The notes beneath the pieces are model-generated. The model had not been told where the DNA came from. It saw only the letters and a program-made list of their open reading frames with translations, and ran no database searches. From positions 1-36,005 of the IMG/VR virus record IMGVR_UViG_3300044674_000827: 36,005 bases of DNA; one strand, written 5' to 3'. The position numbers were made by a program, and so were the translations under genes. The stretch is from a virus (lineage: Duplodnaviria > Caudoviricetes). Positions 27,163-35,785 of this stretch are shown piece by piece; within the stretch, counting starts at the first letter, position 1, and every line of letters begins with the position of its first letter.

Positions 27163-27467
27163 ATTGGTTAGAACTACAGACCATATTTCAAAAGATGAAA
27201 GAAGAAGCACCTGTGAACACAACAGGTGCATCTGTAGCAGGTACAGGTGACGATATAGCAACTTGGCGAAAAAAGAAGAAAAAGAAGCATTCTATAGATG
27301 ATAAAGATTTTAAACTTTTTACCAGAACTCAGTTTACAGGTGAGGAGTTTGACAGTATAATTAAAGGTGAGTACAAACTTTTAGAGTTTGATCTTAAAAG
27401 GGGATACACAGTATTCCTTGAAAATAAACAAACAGGTGAGATTAAAGAGTTATGTCTAAAATCTTAA
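27159..27467 (+). CDS. Conserved late hypothetical protein
   Basis: EEAP-x-N-x-x-G-x-x-VAGTGDD followed by a Lys run. Confidence 0.7.
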   Translation: MNWLELQTIFQKMKEEAPVNTTGASVAGTGDDIATWRKKKKKKHSIDDKDFKLFTRTQFTGEEFDSIIKGEYKLLEFDLKRGYTVFLENKQTGEIKELCLKS

Positions 27468-27880
27468 TGGGTGCATTGGCAATGGTTTGCCTTTCATTCT
27501 TTTTATACTACAATTACACTTCTAGCAAGATTGATGCACTTATGGGTGATATAAGTAGGGCAGTTGCAAATGAAGCGAAATTTAGAGACGAAATCGCAGG
27601 TTTAAATGCGAATTTGGAACAAATTAAGGGCAATTTTGAGCAAATGCAGAAGGCAAATTCAGAGTTGACTCAAAAGGCAAGGGATGCTGATAAAGCAATC
27701 AAAGACCTCTCTAATAAGTATGCTGGGCACGATATGGATAGACTTACTTTAGGCAAACCTGGACTCATTGAAAAGATTATTAATAAAGGCACGAAAGACG
27801 TGTTCAAAGAAATAAGTGATTTGACTGATCCCGATAATTATGAAAAAGATAATACCAATAATACTCCTGACAACGATTAG
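27452..27880 (+). CDS. Inner-membrane spanin (Rz/PseT.3-like)
   Basis: N-terminal TM, coiled coil, KPGLIEK-x-IN; overlaps a lipoprotein gene. Confidence 0.8.
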   Translation: MSKILMGALAMVCLSFFLYYNYTSSKIDALMGDISRAVANEAKFRDEIAGLNANLEQIKGNFEQMQKANSELTQKARDADKAIKDLSNKYAGHDMDRLTLGKPGLIEKIINKGTKDVFKEISDLTDPDNYEKDNTNNTPDND

Positions 27881-28217
27881 TGGCTGCTCCATTCTGGGTG
27901 GTTATACTCCACAGATATCCCCTGTAGAAGTCAATCGAGTATCGATGCAGATACCTATGTATCACCCTCCTATGCCAGATGGTGTTACCATGCAGGATAT
28001 CAAGTGGAAAGTTCTAACTCCTACGATTATGAAAGAGTATCTAGAACTAGTTGAGGAAGGCAAAGCACCTGAATTAGCATATTATGCTTTAAGTCCTGAT
28101 GATTATAAGACTCTGAGTTATAACACTGCAGAGATGAGAGCATACATCATCAAAGTGATTTCAATTGTTGAATACTATAGAGATCTAGAAAAAGAAATCG
28201 AACAACTCAACGACTAA
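27840..28217 (+). CDS. Outer-membrane spanin lipoprotein (Rz1/PseT.2-like)
   Basis: Lipobox ISGC, Pro-rich linker, Y-x-x-LS-x-N-x-AE-x-R-x-YI...YY. Confidence 0.8.
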   Translation: MKKIIPIILLTTISGCSILGGYTPQISPVEVNRVSMQIPMYHPPMPDGVTMQDIKWKVLTPTIMKEYLELVEEGKAPELAYYALSPDDYKTLSYNTAEMRAYIIKVISIVEYYRDLEKEIEQLND

Positions 28218-28224
28218 AACCACC

Positions 28225-28253
28225 TTTACAAGACCCCCAAAATACAGTACAAT
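28225..28253 (+). promoter_or_regulatory. Sigma70-like promoter TTTACA-N17-TACAAT for primase
   Basis: -35 at 28225-28230, -10 at 28248-28253, ATG 6 nt later with no SD. Confidence 0.78.
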
Positions 28254-28259
28254 ATATCT

Positions 28260-29255
28260 ATGACATTATGGTTAGAGAAAAAGTATTTGCGTCTGGTAAG
28301 CACTAGATTTCAAAATGCTAAATGGAAGACAGAAGATTTATTTAACCATAGTTGCCCATATTGTGGCGATAGTGATAAGAATGATTACAAAGCAAGAGGT
28401 TATCACTTCTTGTACAAAAATAGTTATGTTTATAAATGTCATAACTGTGGATACTCTACAGGATTTAAAAACTTCTTAAAAGAACAAGACAAGATACTCT
28501 ATAAAGAGTTTGTTAAAGAAGCATATGGTGGAAAGAGAGAACAGAAACTACCACCATCTCATGCCTTTAAACCAAAGTTCAAACCCAAACACCCTTTGTC
28601 AAAGATATGCCAAAAAGCGAAGGATGTGGATGAAGCAAGAATCTATTTAGAAAGTCGAAACATTCCTAAAGACAAGTGGGATGACATTTGGTTCATTAGA
28701 AATGCTCAAGAACTAAGTAGTATATGCGATAAGTATCGTGAGAGAATCTTAGGCAATGATGCGAGAATCATCTTGCCTTTCTACTCTCTTAATGGTACTC
28801 TTATAGGCATCACAGGTCGTGCTATAGGTGACAGTCGTCTCAGGTATCTAACTATGAAGTTTGATGATGACGAAGCACTTATCTATAATCAAAATAAGAT
28901 TGATCGATCTAACACTATCTATGTGACAGAAGGACCAATAGATAGTTTATTCCTGCCTAACAGCATCGCTGTAGCAGGATCTGACTTTGGAAAACTAGAT
29001 GAAGAACTTAAAGAACAAGCAATCATCATTTATGATAATGAGTCCAGATCCAAAGAAATTCTAAATAAACTTTCGCATGTCATCGATAATGGATGGCAGG
29101 TAGTCATATGGGATGACAAAAGAATCAGCGATTACAAAGACATTAATGAAATGGTTAATGCGATTGGTATAGATACAGTCATGGAGATTATAAATAACAA
29201 TGTCTTTTCAGGACTATCAGCAAAATTAAAACTAAAGCAATATAAGAGGACATAA
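28260..29255 (+). CDS. 61: DNA primase (gp61)
   Basis: CPYCGDS...CHNC zinc ribbon; TOPRIM YVTEGPIDS, YDNE, KDINEM. Confidence 0.96.
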   Translation: MTLWLEKKYLRLVSTRFQNAKWKTEDLFNHSCPYCGDSDKNDYKARGYHFLYKNSYVYKCHNCGYSTGFKNFLKEQDKILYKEFVKEAYGGKREQKLPPSHAFKPKFKPKHPLSKICQKAKDVDEARIYLESRNIPKDKWDDIWFIRNAQELSSICDKYRERILGNDARIILPFYSLNGTLIGITGRAIGDSRLRYLTMKFDDDEALIYNQNKIDRSNTIYVTEGPIDSLFLPNSIAVAGSDFGKLDEELKEQAIIIYDNESRSKEILNKLSHVIDNGWQVVIWDDKRISDYKDINEMVNAIGIDTVMEIINNNVFSGLSAKLKLKQYKRT

Positions 29256-31561
29256 TGGAAGGGATTTCAATTGTTAAAAGAGACGGAGCGAAAGAGGAAC
29301 TTAATCTAGATAAGATACATAAAATGGTAACTGCTGCCTGTAAAGATATAACAGGTGTATCAGAATCTCAAGTAGAGATGAACAGTGGTCTTCAGTTTTA
29401 TGACGGAATTACATCTACCGATATTCAAAACATTCTTATCAAATCAGCATCAGACTTGATCTCATTAGAGAATCCAAACTATCAGTATGTTGCTGCCAGA
29501 CTACTCTTATTCCTTATAAGAAAACAAGTCTTTAATACAAAGTGGAAAGATCAAGATATCTATCCACCCATGAAAGAATTAGTGGAAAGAAACATCGAGA
29601 AAGGTGTTTACGATTCAACATTAGTAACTTACTTTGATGATGAAGAATGGAAAAAAATAGATTCATTCATTCGTCATGATAGAGACCTAGAATTTACATA
29701 TGCTGGTTTGAGACAAGTGGTAGATAAGTATCTAGTACAAGACAGATCAGATAACACAGTTTTTGAGACACCTCAATTTATGTACATGGGTATTGCCTGT
29801 GTATTGTTTAAGAACTATCCTAAAGAAAAGAGGTTGTCATACATAAAGAGGTATTACGATGCAATTAGCACATTTAAAATCAATATTCCGACACCGATTA
29901 TGGCAGGGGTACGAACTCCTCTTAGACAGTTTGCGTCATGTGTTCTTGTTGATTCTGACGATACTTTGGGTTCTATCTTTAGTAGTGATATGGCTGTTGG
30001 TCGTTATGTGGCTCAAAGGGCAGGAATTGGTATCAATGCTGGTCGGATCCGTGGGATCGGTTCGAAAATTCGAGGAGGAGAGGTTCAACATACAGGGGTT
30101 ATCCCATTCCTTAAAAAGTTTGAAGCAACAGTTCGGTGCTGCACTCAGAATGGAGTTCGAGGTGGTTCAGCAACAGTGCATTTCCCTATATGGCATTCTG
30201 AAATCGAAGATATCCTCGTTCTTAAAAACAACAAAGGATCAGAAGACAACCGAGTCAGAAAACTCGACTACAGTATCCAACTCAGTAAACTCTTCTACGA
30301 AAGATTCTTAAGTGATGGTGAGATAACTCTATTCTCACCTCATGATGTTCCAGGATTGTACGATGCCTTTGGTACACCTGAGTTTGACGAGATGTATGAG
30401 AAGTATGAGAGAGCAACTTCAGTACCCAAAAAGAAAGTAAGTGCTAGAGAACTGATTACTGATTTGCTCAAAGAAAGAGCAGAAACAGGTCGTATCTATA
30501 TTATGAATATCGATCACTCTAACAGTCATAGTTCTTTCTTAGATAAAGTCAATATGAGTAATCTATGTCAAGAGATCACTTTACCCACAGTTCCATTAGA
30601 ACATATTGATGGAGAGGGTGAAATTGCTTTATGTATTCTCTCAGCAATTAATGTGGGTACACTTAAAGATGATCTTTCCGAATTACCTAATCTATGTGAA
30701 TTGGCAGTACGAGGATTAGAAGAAGTTATAGATTACCAAAGATATCCTGTCGTTGCTGCTGAACGATCTACTAAGTCTAGAAGATCATTAGGAATAGGAT
30801 ACATTGGTCTTGCTCATTACTTAGCAAGACATAAAGTTAAGTATGATGATCCACAAGCATGGAAAATTGTTCACGATCTTACCGAATCATTCCAGTATCA
30901 TTTACTTAAAGCATCTAATGAATTAGCAAAAGAAAAGGGTACATGCGAAGGATACGAAAGAACAAAATACAGTCAGGGATTACTTCCTATAGATCATTAT
31001 AAGAAAGAAGTTGATGATCTTGTAGCACCCAAGTACAATTGTGATTGGAATGCTTTAAGAAAAGATATTAAAGAACACGGACTAAGACATTCTACACTTA
31101 CAGCACAAATGCCTAGTGAGTCATCATCTGTAGTATCTAATGAGACAAATGGTATTGAACCACCAAGAGATTTCTTATCTGTTAAGAAGTCAAAGAAAGG
31201 ACCATTGAAACAAATCGTTCCTGGATATAAAAAGTTAATGTCTTATTACACTTTGCTATGGGATATGCCTAACAATGATGGGTACATTAAAGTGGTGGCA
31301 GTAATGCAGAAGTTCTTTGATCAAGCAATTTCAGGTAATTGGTCATACAATCCTGAGAACTATGATAACAACGAAGTACCTATTTCTAGTATGGCAACTG
31401 ACTTACTCAATACATATAAGTATGGATGGAAAACTTCATATTATCAAAACACTTATGATATGAAGACAGATGATAGTGTGGTTGAAGAAGTAGAGGTTAT
31501 AAATACACCTGCTTCTGAAGACCCATTTGAACAGGAAGAATGTGATGCGTGCAATATCTAG
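29255..31561 (+). CDS. nrdA: Class Ia ribonucleotide reductase alpha subunit
   Basis: ATP cone VKRDG; RQFASC; SNLCQEI; LCIL; MPSESSS; C-terminal YY and CDAC. Confidence 0.98.
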   Translation: MEGISIVKRDGAKEELNLDKIHKMVTAACKDITGVSESQVEMNSGLQFYDGITSTDIQNILIKSASDLISLENPNYQYVAARLLLFLIRKQVFNTKWKDQDIYPPMKELVERNIEKGVYDSTLVTYFDDEEWKKIDSFIRHDRDLEFTYAGLRQVVDKYLVQDRSDNTVFETPQFMYMGIACVLFKNYPKEKRLSYIKRYYDAISTFKINIPTPIMAGVRTPLRQFASCVLVDSDDTLGSIFSSDMAVGRYVAQRAGIGINAGRIRGIGSKIRGGEVQHTGVIPFLKKFEATVRCCTQNGVRGGSATVHFPIWHSEIEDILVLKNNKGSEDNRVRKLDYSIQLSKLFYERFLSDGEITLFSPHDVPGLYDAFGTPEFDEMYEKYERATSVPKKKVSARELITDLLKERAETGRIYIMNIDHSNSHSSFLDKVNMSNLCQEITLPTVPLEHIDGEGEIALCILSAINVGTLKDDLSELPNLCELAVRGLEEVIDYQRYPVVAAERSTKSRRSLGIGYIGLAHYLARHKVKYDDPQAWKIVHDLTESFQYHLLKASNELAKEKGTCEGYERTKYSQGLLPIDHYKKEVDDLVAPKYNCDWNALRKDIKEHGLRHSTLTAQMPSESSSVVSNETNGIEPPRDFLSVKKSKKGPLKQIVPGYKKLMSYYTLLWDMPNNDGYIKVVAVMQKFFDQAISGNWSYNPENYDNNEVPISSMATDLLNTYKYGWKTSYYQNTYDMKTDDSVVEEVEVINTPASEDPFEQEECDACNI
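29859..30311 (+). CDS. Candidate overprinted single-TM protein in the +1 frame of nrdA
   Basis: 150 open codons; SD GAGG 29848-29851; TM VFLLILTILWVLSLVVIWLLVVMWL; nrdA codon usage shifts over the overlap. Confidence 0.45.
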   Translation: MQLAHLKSIFRHRLWQGYELLLDSLRHVFLLILTILWVLSLVVIWLLVVMWLKGQELVSMLVGSVGSVRKFEEERFNIQGLSHSLKSLKQQFGAALRMEFEVVQQQCISLYGILKSKISSFLKTTKDQKTTESENSTTVSNSVNSSTKDS

Positions 31562-32423
31562 AGTATTGAACAAAGAAGGAATAACACCTACTGCCGAAAC
31601 CTTTAGACGCAATAGATTTGTAGTTCTTAGAAACTTTATTCCTCAGGGAATGATAGAATTCGCAAGGCACTGTTGGTTGAGAACTGAAAATTCCCAAGAA
31701 TGGGGTAGTTCTAAGCAACAAGAACGATCAGTTGTAGATACACCTGATGGTGCTGGTAAACAAATAGAATATGTATCAGAGCATATGGCAAATGTTCCTT
31801 TTGGCGAAGCAATGTTGCTAATGTTGAAAGAACCTTTACAAGATGCATTAGAATTAGAACTAGTACCAACTTACAGTTTTGCTAGAACATACTTTAGAGA
31901 TGCTAAATTATTTGGGCATACAGATAGACCAAGTTGTGAAGTGTCTATGACATTCCCCATAGAATATGAAACAGATGACAAGAAACCATGGTCAATATGG
32001 GTATTAGCAGATCAAAATTATGTGGGTGTTGATTACCAAGAAGCATGGGATACAGTACAAGGTAAAAACTTTGAAGAAAGATTTAAGATGGGTGCTGCGA
32101 GAGTCTATCTTGAACCTGGAGATGTATTAGCATATCAAGGATGTAATGCTATACACTGGAGAGATAAACTTGTCGGCAAATATTCTAGACATATTTTTAC
32201 TCACTATGTTGATAAGAATGGTCCTCTATTTAATGGTTGCAATGAATTAGCATTTGATGGTAGACGAAGTATCTATGATGATCATGACCATTCTACGATA
32301 GCAGAACAAAGAAAAAACAAATATGGAGCAGAACTGAATAAAAGAGGTGAGGTTGCTATGCGTGCATGTGCAAACATAACAGATCCTCATACTAACGAAG
32401 CAATATTACATGACGATATTTAA
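31545..32423 (+). CDS. 2OG-Fe(II) oxygenase inserted between nrdA and nrdB
   Basis: PTYSFAR-x-Y, HTDRPSCE-x-S-x-T, LEPGD-x-L-x-YQGC...HWR, F-x-HYV. Confidence 0.88.
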   Translation: MRAISRVLNKEGITPTAETFRRNRFVVLRNFIPQGMIEFARHCWLRTENSQEWGSSKQQERSVVDTPDGAGKQIEYVSEHMANVPFGEAMLLMLKEPLQDALELELVPTYSFARTYFRDAKLFGHTDRPSCEVSMTFPIEYETDDKKPWSIWVLADQNYVGVDYQEAWDTVQGKNFEERFKMGAARVYLEPGDVLAYQGCNAIHWRDKLVGKYSRHIFTHYVDKNGPLFNGCNELAFDGRRSIYDDHDHSTIAEQRKNKYGAELNKRGEVAMRACANITDPHTNEAILHDDI

Positions 32424-33507
32424 CAGAAAAAAAGTCAACTTCCTAAAAGAACCGATGTTCTTTGGCGAAGCACTTAATACTCAGAGGTTCGATGAATTCA
32501 AATATCCAATCTTTGATAAACTCACGCAAACACAATTAGGATACTTTTGGAGACCAGAAGAAGTATCATTACAAAAAGATAGAAATGATTATCAGCAACT
32601 GAATGATGCTCAAAAGCACATCTTCACTTCTAATCTTAAATACCAAACATTGTTAGACAGTGTACAAGGTAGAGGTCCAGCAATAGCATTGTTGCCTTAC
32701 ACTACACTGCCTGAATTAGAAGCATGTATTATTGCTTGGGACTTTATGGAAACTATACATTCTAGATCGTATACATATATGATAAAGAATCTATATCCTA
32801 ATCCTAGTGATGTATTTGATACCATACTAGAAGAGGAAGCAATACTCAAACGAGCAAAAAGTGTAACAAAAGCATACGATGATTTTATAGACACAGCAAA
32901 AAGATTTGATATTGGACATAAGATAGATAAAGAAGAGTTGTACACCAAGTTATATCTAACACTCATAAGTATAAACATTTTAGAAGGAATTAGATTTTTT
33001 GTTTCTTTTGCCTGTACTTTTGGATTTGGGGAACTGCGACTCATGGAAGGATCAGCGAAGATTATATCATTGATCGCCAGAGATGAATCTCAACATCTGG
33101 CAGTATCACAGCATATCATTAAGAACTACATGAAGTCTGAGAATGACAAACTTATGTTAAAAGTTATTAAAGATCAACAAGATACTGTATACAAAATGTA
33201 TGAGGAAGCAGTAGATCAGGAAAAAGAATGGGCAGAATTTTTGTTCCAAAAGGGAAGTATGATAGGACTGAGTGCTTCCCTTCTTGGATCATATGTAGAG
33301 TTTATTGCTAACAAGCGATTAAGAGCATTGGGTATGGATGCTATATACAACATACCACAAAACAACAATCCATTACCATGGACACAACATTGGTTATCTA
33401 GTAGAGGATTACAAAATGCTCCACAGGAAACTGAGATAGAGTCTTATGTAATGGGTGGTATTAAACAAGATGTAACAAATGAAACTTTTAAAGGATTTAA
33501 ATTATGA
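32410..33507 (+). CDS. nrdB: Class Ia ribonucleotide reductase beta subunit
   Basis: FWRPEEV, LLDSVQGR, ETIHSRSY, LEGIRF, RDESQH, APQETEIESY. Confidence 0.98.
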   Translation: MTIFNRKKVNFLKEPMFFGEALNTQRFDEFKYPIFDKLTQTQLGYFWRPEEVSLQKDRNDYQQLNDAQKHIFTSNLKYQTLLDSVQGRGPAIALLPYTTLPELEACIIAWDFMETIHSRSYTYMIKNLYPNPSDVFDTILEEEAILKRAKSVTKAYDDFIDTAKRFDIGHKIDKEELYTKLYLTLISINILEGIRFFVSFACTFGFGELRLMEGSAKIISLIARDESQHLAVSQHIIKNYMKSENDKLMLKVIKDQQDTVYKMYEEAVDQEKEWAEFLFQKGSMIGLSASLLGSYVEFIANKRLRALGMDAIYNIPQNNNPLPWTQHWLSSRGLQNAPQETEIESYVMGGIKQDVTNETFKGFKL

Positions 33508-33734
33508 GCAGAGAATATGACAAGGTAGTAAACATTCAAGAAGGACCAATGACTAGTGTGGCATTCCCTAATGGTATTGAAGATACAAAAGATGTTTTAC
33601 GCAGAGAGATTATTACCACAAGAGTGGTTGATGGTTATCTAACTGAAGAAAAAGTTGTAAGAGACTATACTGCATTTGGTGACTACAATGATGTGACAAC
33701 GATTAGAAGAATAGTAGAGGTCAAAAATGCCTAA
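33504..33734 (+). CDS. Hypothetical protein
   Basis: ATGA coupling to nrdB; normal codon usage. Confidence 0.7.
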   Translation: MSREYDKVVNIQEGPMTSVAFPNGIEDTKDVLRREIITTRVVDGYLTEEKVVRDYTAFGDYNDVTTIRRIVEVKNA

Positions 33735-33981
33735 GAAAAAACAAGCAGAAGTTGTGATCTATAGTAAAGACAACTGCCCTTATTGTGTAAGAGCAGAAGA
33801 TGCTGCAAGATCACAAGGATTTACCATAGAAGTTAAGAAACTGGACGAGGACTTTACCAGAGAGCAACTCTTTGAAGAGTTTCCAGAAGCAAGAACATTC
33901 CCACAAATTATTTTCAAAGGTGAAAAGATAGGTGGTTATGATGCTTTAATCGGTCAAATCAATAAAACGCAAAGAACTTAA
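33727..33981 (+). CDS. nrdC: Glutaredoxin
   Basis: CPYC, RTFPQI, IGGY. Confidence 0.93.
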   Translation: MPKKKQAEVVIYSKDNCPYCVRAEDAARSQGFTIEVKKLDEDFTREQLFEEFPEARTFPQIIFKGEKIGGYDALIGQINKTQRT

Positions 33982-34160
33982 TGGTATCATTAACAGACAC
34001 ATATTCGCGATATCTTATACATTGTGATGAATGTGATGCTGATTGTTCTATTGAACACAATCTTAGATTACCTTATCAATTACATTTTTGCCCATTCTGT
34101 GGCAGCCAACTAGATCTGGAGGACGGAGTCGACGAGAACGAAAGTTATTACGACGAGTAG
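33981..34160 (+). CDS. Small zinc-ribbon protein, 59 aa
   Basis: Not in ORF track; CDEC...FCPFCG, acidic tail; abuts both neighbours. Confidence 0.8.
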   Translation: MVSLTDTYSRYLIHCDECDADCSIEHNLRLPYQLHFCPFCGSQLDLEDGVDENESYYDE

Positions 34161-34742
34161 ATGAATATTGTTGGCATAGACTATGCCATGGGTTGTCCAG
34201 CAATCTGTGGTTATACAGGTGGTGAGTTTAATTTTGAAAACTGCACCTTCCATTATCTTATAGATAAAAAAAACCCACCATTCGCGAATAACATTATTGG
34301 GGATACAAAACCTGATTATGTCTCACAAGAGGAGCGATTCGATTGGATATCAACATGGGCACTATCTCAAGTGCTTTGTTATAATCCTGATCTAGTTGTG
34401 CTAGAGGACTACAGTTTCGGAAGTAAAGGACGAGTGTTTCACATTGCTGAAAACACTGGACTGCTAAAACACAAACTGTTTAAGACGAATATTCCCTTTA
34501 TAGTAGTAGCACCTACAAAGATAAAGAAATTTGCTACTAACAAAGGGAATGCAAACAAAGATCTAATGTATGAAAAGTTTACAGAACTAGAAGGCATAGA
34601 TCTCAAAAAACTATTAGATACAGAAGTAGAACATCCTATTTCTGATATCGTTGACTCATTTTACTTAGCAAAATATGGATATAGCGAACTTATTAGACAA
34701 AGCGAACTGTCTATGCGTGATGAAAACAATCTCGCCAAGTGA
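34161..34742 (+). CDS. RuvC-like Holliday junction resolvase
   Basis: IVGIDY, VLEDYSFGS, PT-x-IKKFAT-x-KGNA-x-K, DIVDS. Confidence 0.88.
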   Translation: MNIVGIDYAMGCPAICGYTGGEFNFENCTFHYLIDKKNPPFANNIIGDTKPDYVSQEERFDWISTWALSQVLCYNPDLVVLEDYSFGSKGRVFHIAENTGLLKHKLFKTNIPFIVVAPTKIKKFATNKGNANKDLMYEKFTELEGIDLKKLLDTEVEHPISDIVDSFYLAKYGYSELIRQSELSMRDENNLAK

Positions 34743-35301
34743 CGAAGAAGTAGATACTCTCATATCAGAAGGAACTTCATCATTGACAGATTTCTATGAT
34801 GCTTATGCAGGTAGAAGTGTGCCTGAGTTAAAATTCCAACCTGATGCTTATTATTCTACAAATTACTTTCTTACAGCATCAGATAACTTTCCCATTGAAC
34901 CTCCTTTCATGGTGAAGGCAAACATCGATGCTTTTCCTATGCTTCATTCAAATGATGTATCTTCCTTTCTTAAGAAATACTTTAATCTAGATACCGATTT
35001 TGCTTGGTCTGAATATGGTTGGAGAAATCAAGTTCAATGGCATTCCGATTATCATCCTAATGGTATAGATGAATTCACTGATCCATTAATCTTACCATTA
35101 AGTTCAGATTGGACTTTTCAAGTTAAAAGCAAATCTGGCAAAATACATTCACTCAAAGTTGAGAAATACAAACCCTTTATATTCGATGGTTCCCTGCAGC
35201 ATACAGTACCATTAGACAAACAAAATCCAGCAAAGTTCATATCCCTCAGATTCTTTGGTAATTTTAGATCAATCGTAGAACACTACAAAAATAATTTGTA
35301 A
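34720..35301 (+). CDS. Putative 2OG-Fe(II)/cupin oxygenase
   Basis: WHSD (HxD), FDGSLQHTV distal His, FISLRF; start could be 34675. Confidence 0.6.
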   Translation: MKTISPSDEEVDTLISEGTSSLTDFYDAYAGRSVPELKFQPDAYYSTNYFLTASDNFPIEPPFMVKANIDAFPMLHSNDVSSFLKKYFNLDTDFAWSEYGWRNQVQWHSDYHPNGIDEFTDPLILPLSSDWTFQVKSKSGKIHSLKVEKYKPFIFDGSLQHTVPLDKQNPAKFISLRFFGNFRSIVEHYKNNL

Positions 35302-35307
35302 AAAGAC

Positions 35308-35337
35308 TTTACGACACCCCTCGTTTTTTAGTATGAT
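35308..35337 (+). promoter_or_regulatory. Early sigma70-like promoter TTTACG-N18-TATGAT
   Basis: A-tract upstream; same class as 15300 and 35598. Confidence 0.7.
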
Positions 35338-35371
35338 TATAATACTAGGAAAAAACATTAAAGGAGTGAAT

Positions 35372-35587
35372 ATGTCAAACTTAGCAAATGAAACAACCCT
35401 CGAAAGAATCTTCGACGAGGTCTCAGAAATGAACACTGGAAACATTCTAAGAGAATTAGATGGTGGTGTTAGCAGACCTGGATTGTGTGAATCTTTCGAT
35501 ATGAGAGTAGCAATGACTGATAGAAATAAAGTTATTGATCTACTCGTTAACAAAAGATTTGAAGAATTACCTGATGGTCCCTTTTAA
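35372..35587 (+). CDS. Early hypothetical protein (MSNLANETTLERIFDEV...)
   Basis: SD AAGGAG before ATG 35372. Confidence 0.75.
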   Translation: MSNLANETTLERIFDEVSEMNTGNILRELDGGVSRPGLCESFDMRVAMTDRNKVIDLLVNKRFEELPDGPF

Positions 35588-35597
35588 TAAAAAAGGG

Positions 35598-35627
35598 TTT
35601 ACCACACTGGTACTTTTTTAGTATGAT
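35598..35627 (+). promoter_or_regulatory. Early sigma70-like promoter TTTACC-N18-TATGAT
   Basis: Shares ACAC and TTTTTTAGTATGATTA with the 35308 promoter. Confidence 0.7.
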
Positions 35628-35630
35628 TAA

Positions 35631-35763
35631 CTTGATGATTGATAAACTGATAACGGAAATTGCTAGTCTGCTATGGGATCGGGATCAATCAAGAATCAAA
35701 AGTGAGGTTTCTGGCGTCTTCGGACTAGGGCAAAATGCCACTGTTAACCTCACACCCTTTTTT
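35631..35763 (+). ncRNA. Candidate structured leader/ncRNA
   Basis: Stems 35637-35643/35684-35690 and 35702-35709/35746-35753, C-UUCG-G hairpin 35716-35725, cross-pairing 35663-35670/35721-35728, trailing U-run. Confidence 0.45.
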
Positions 35764-35785
35764 AATTTATTATGTAGGAGTGAAA

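Noticed and set aside
8893-33507. Introns or inteins in gp43, gp41, nrdA or nrdB
   Set aside because: All are uninterrupted and of normal length, with no intein terminal motifs or LAGLIDADG/HNH/GIY-YIG ORFs.
35579-35600. Rho-independent terminator CCCTTTT-AATAA-AAAAGGG-TTT
   Set aside because: AU-rich stem with only three U's, overlapping the next promoter's -35; too weak to call.
35631-35740. Hammerhead (CTGATAA...GAAA) or c-di-GMP-I riboswitch (GGGCAAA) resemblance
   Set aside because: The hammerhead core is not CUGANGA and lacks stem II; the GNRA/receptor architecture of c-di-GMP-I is absent.
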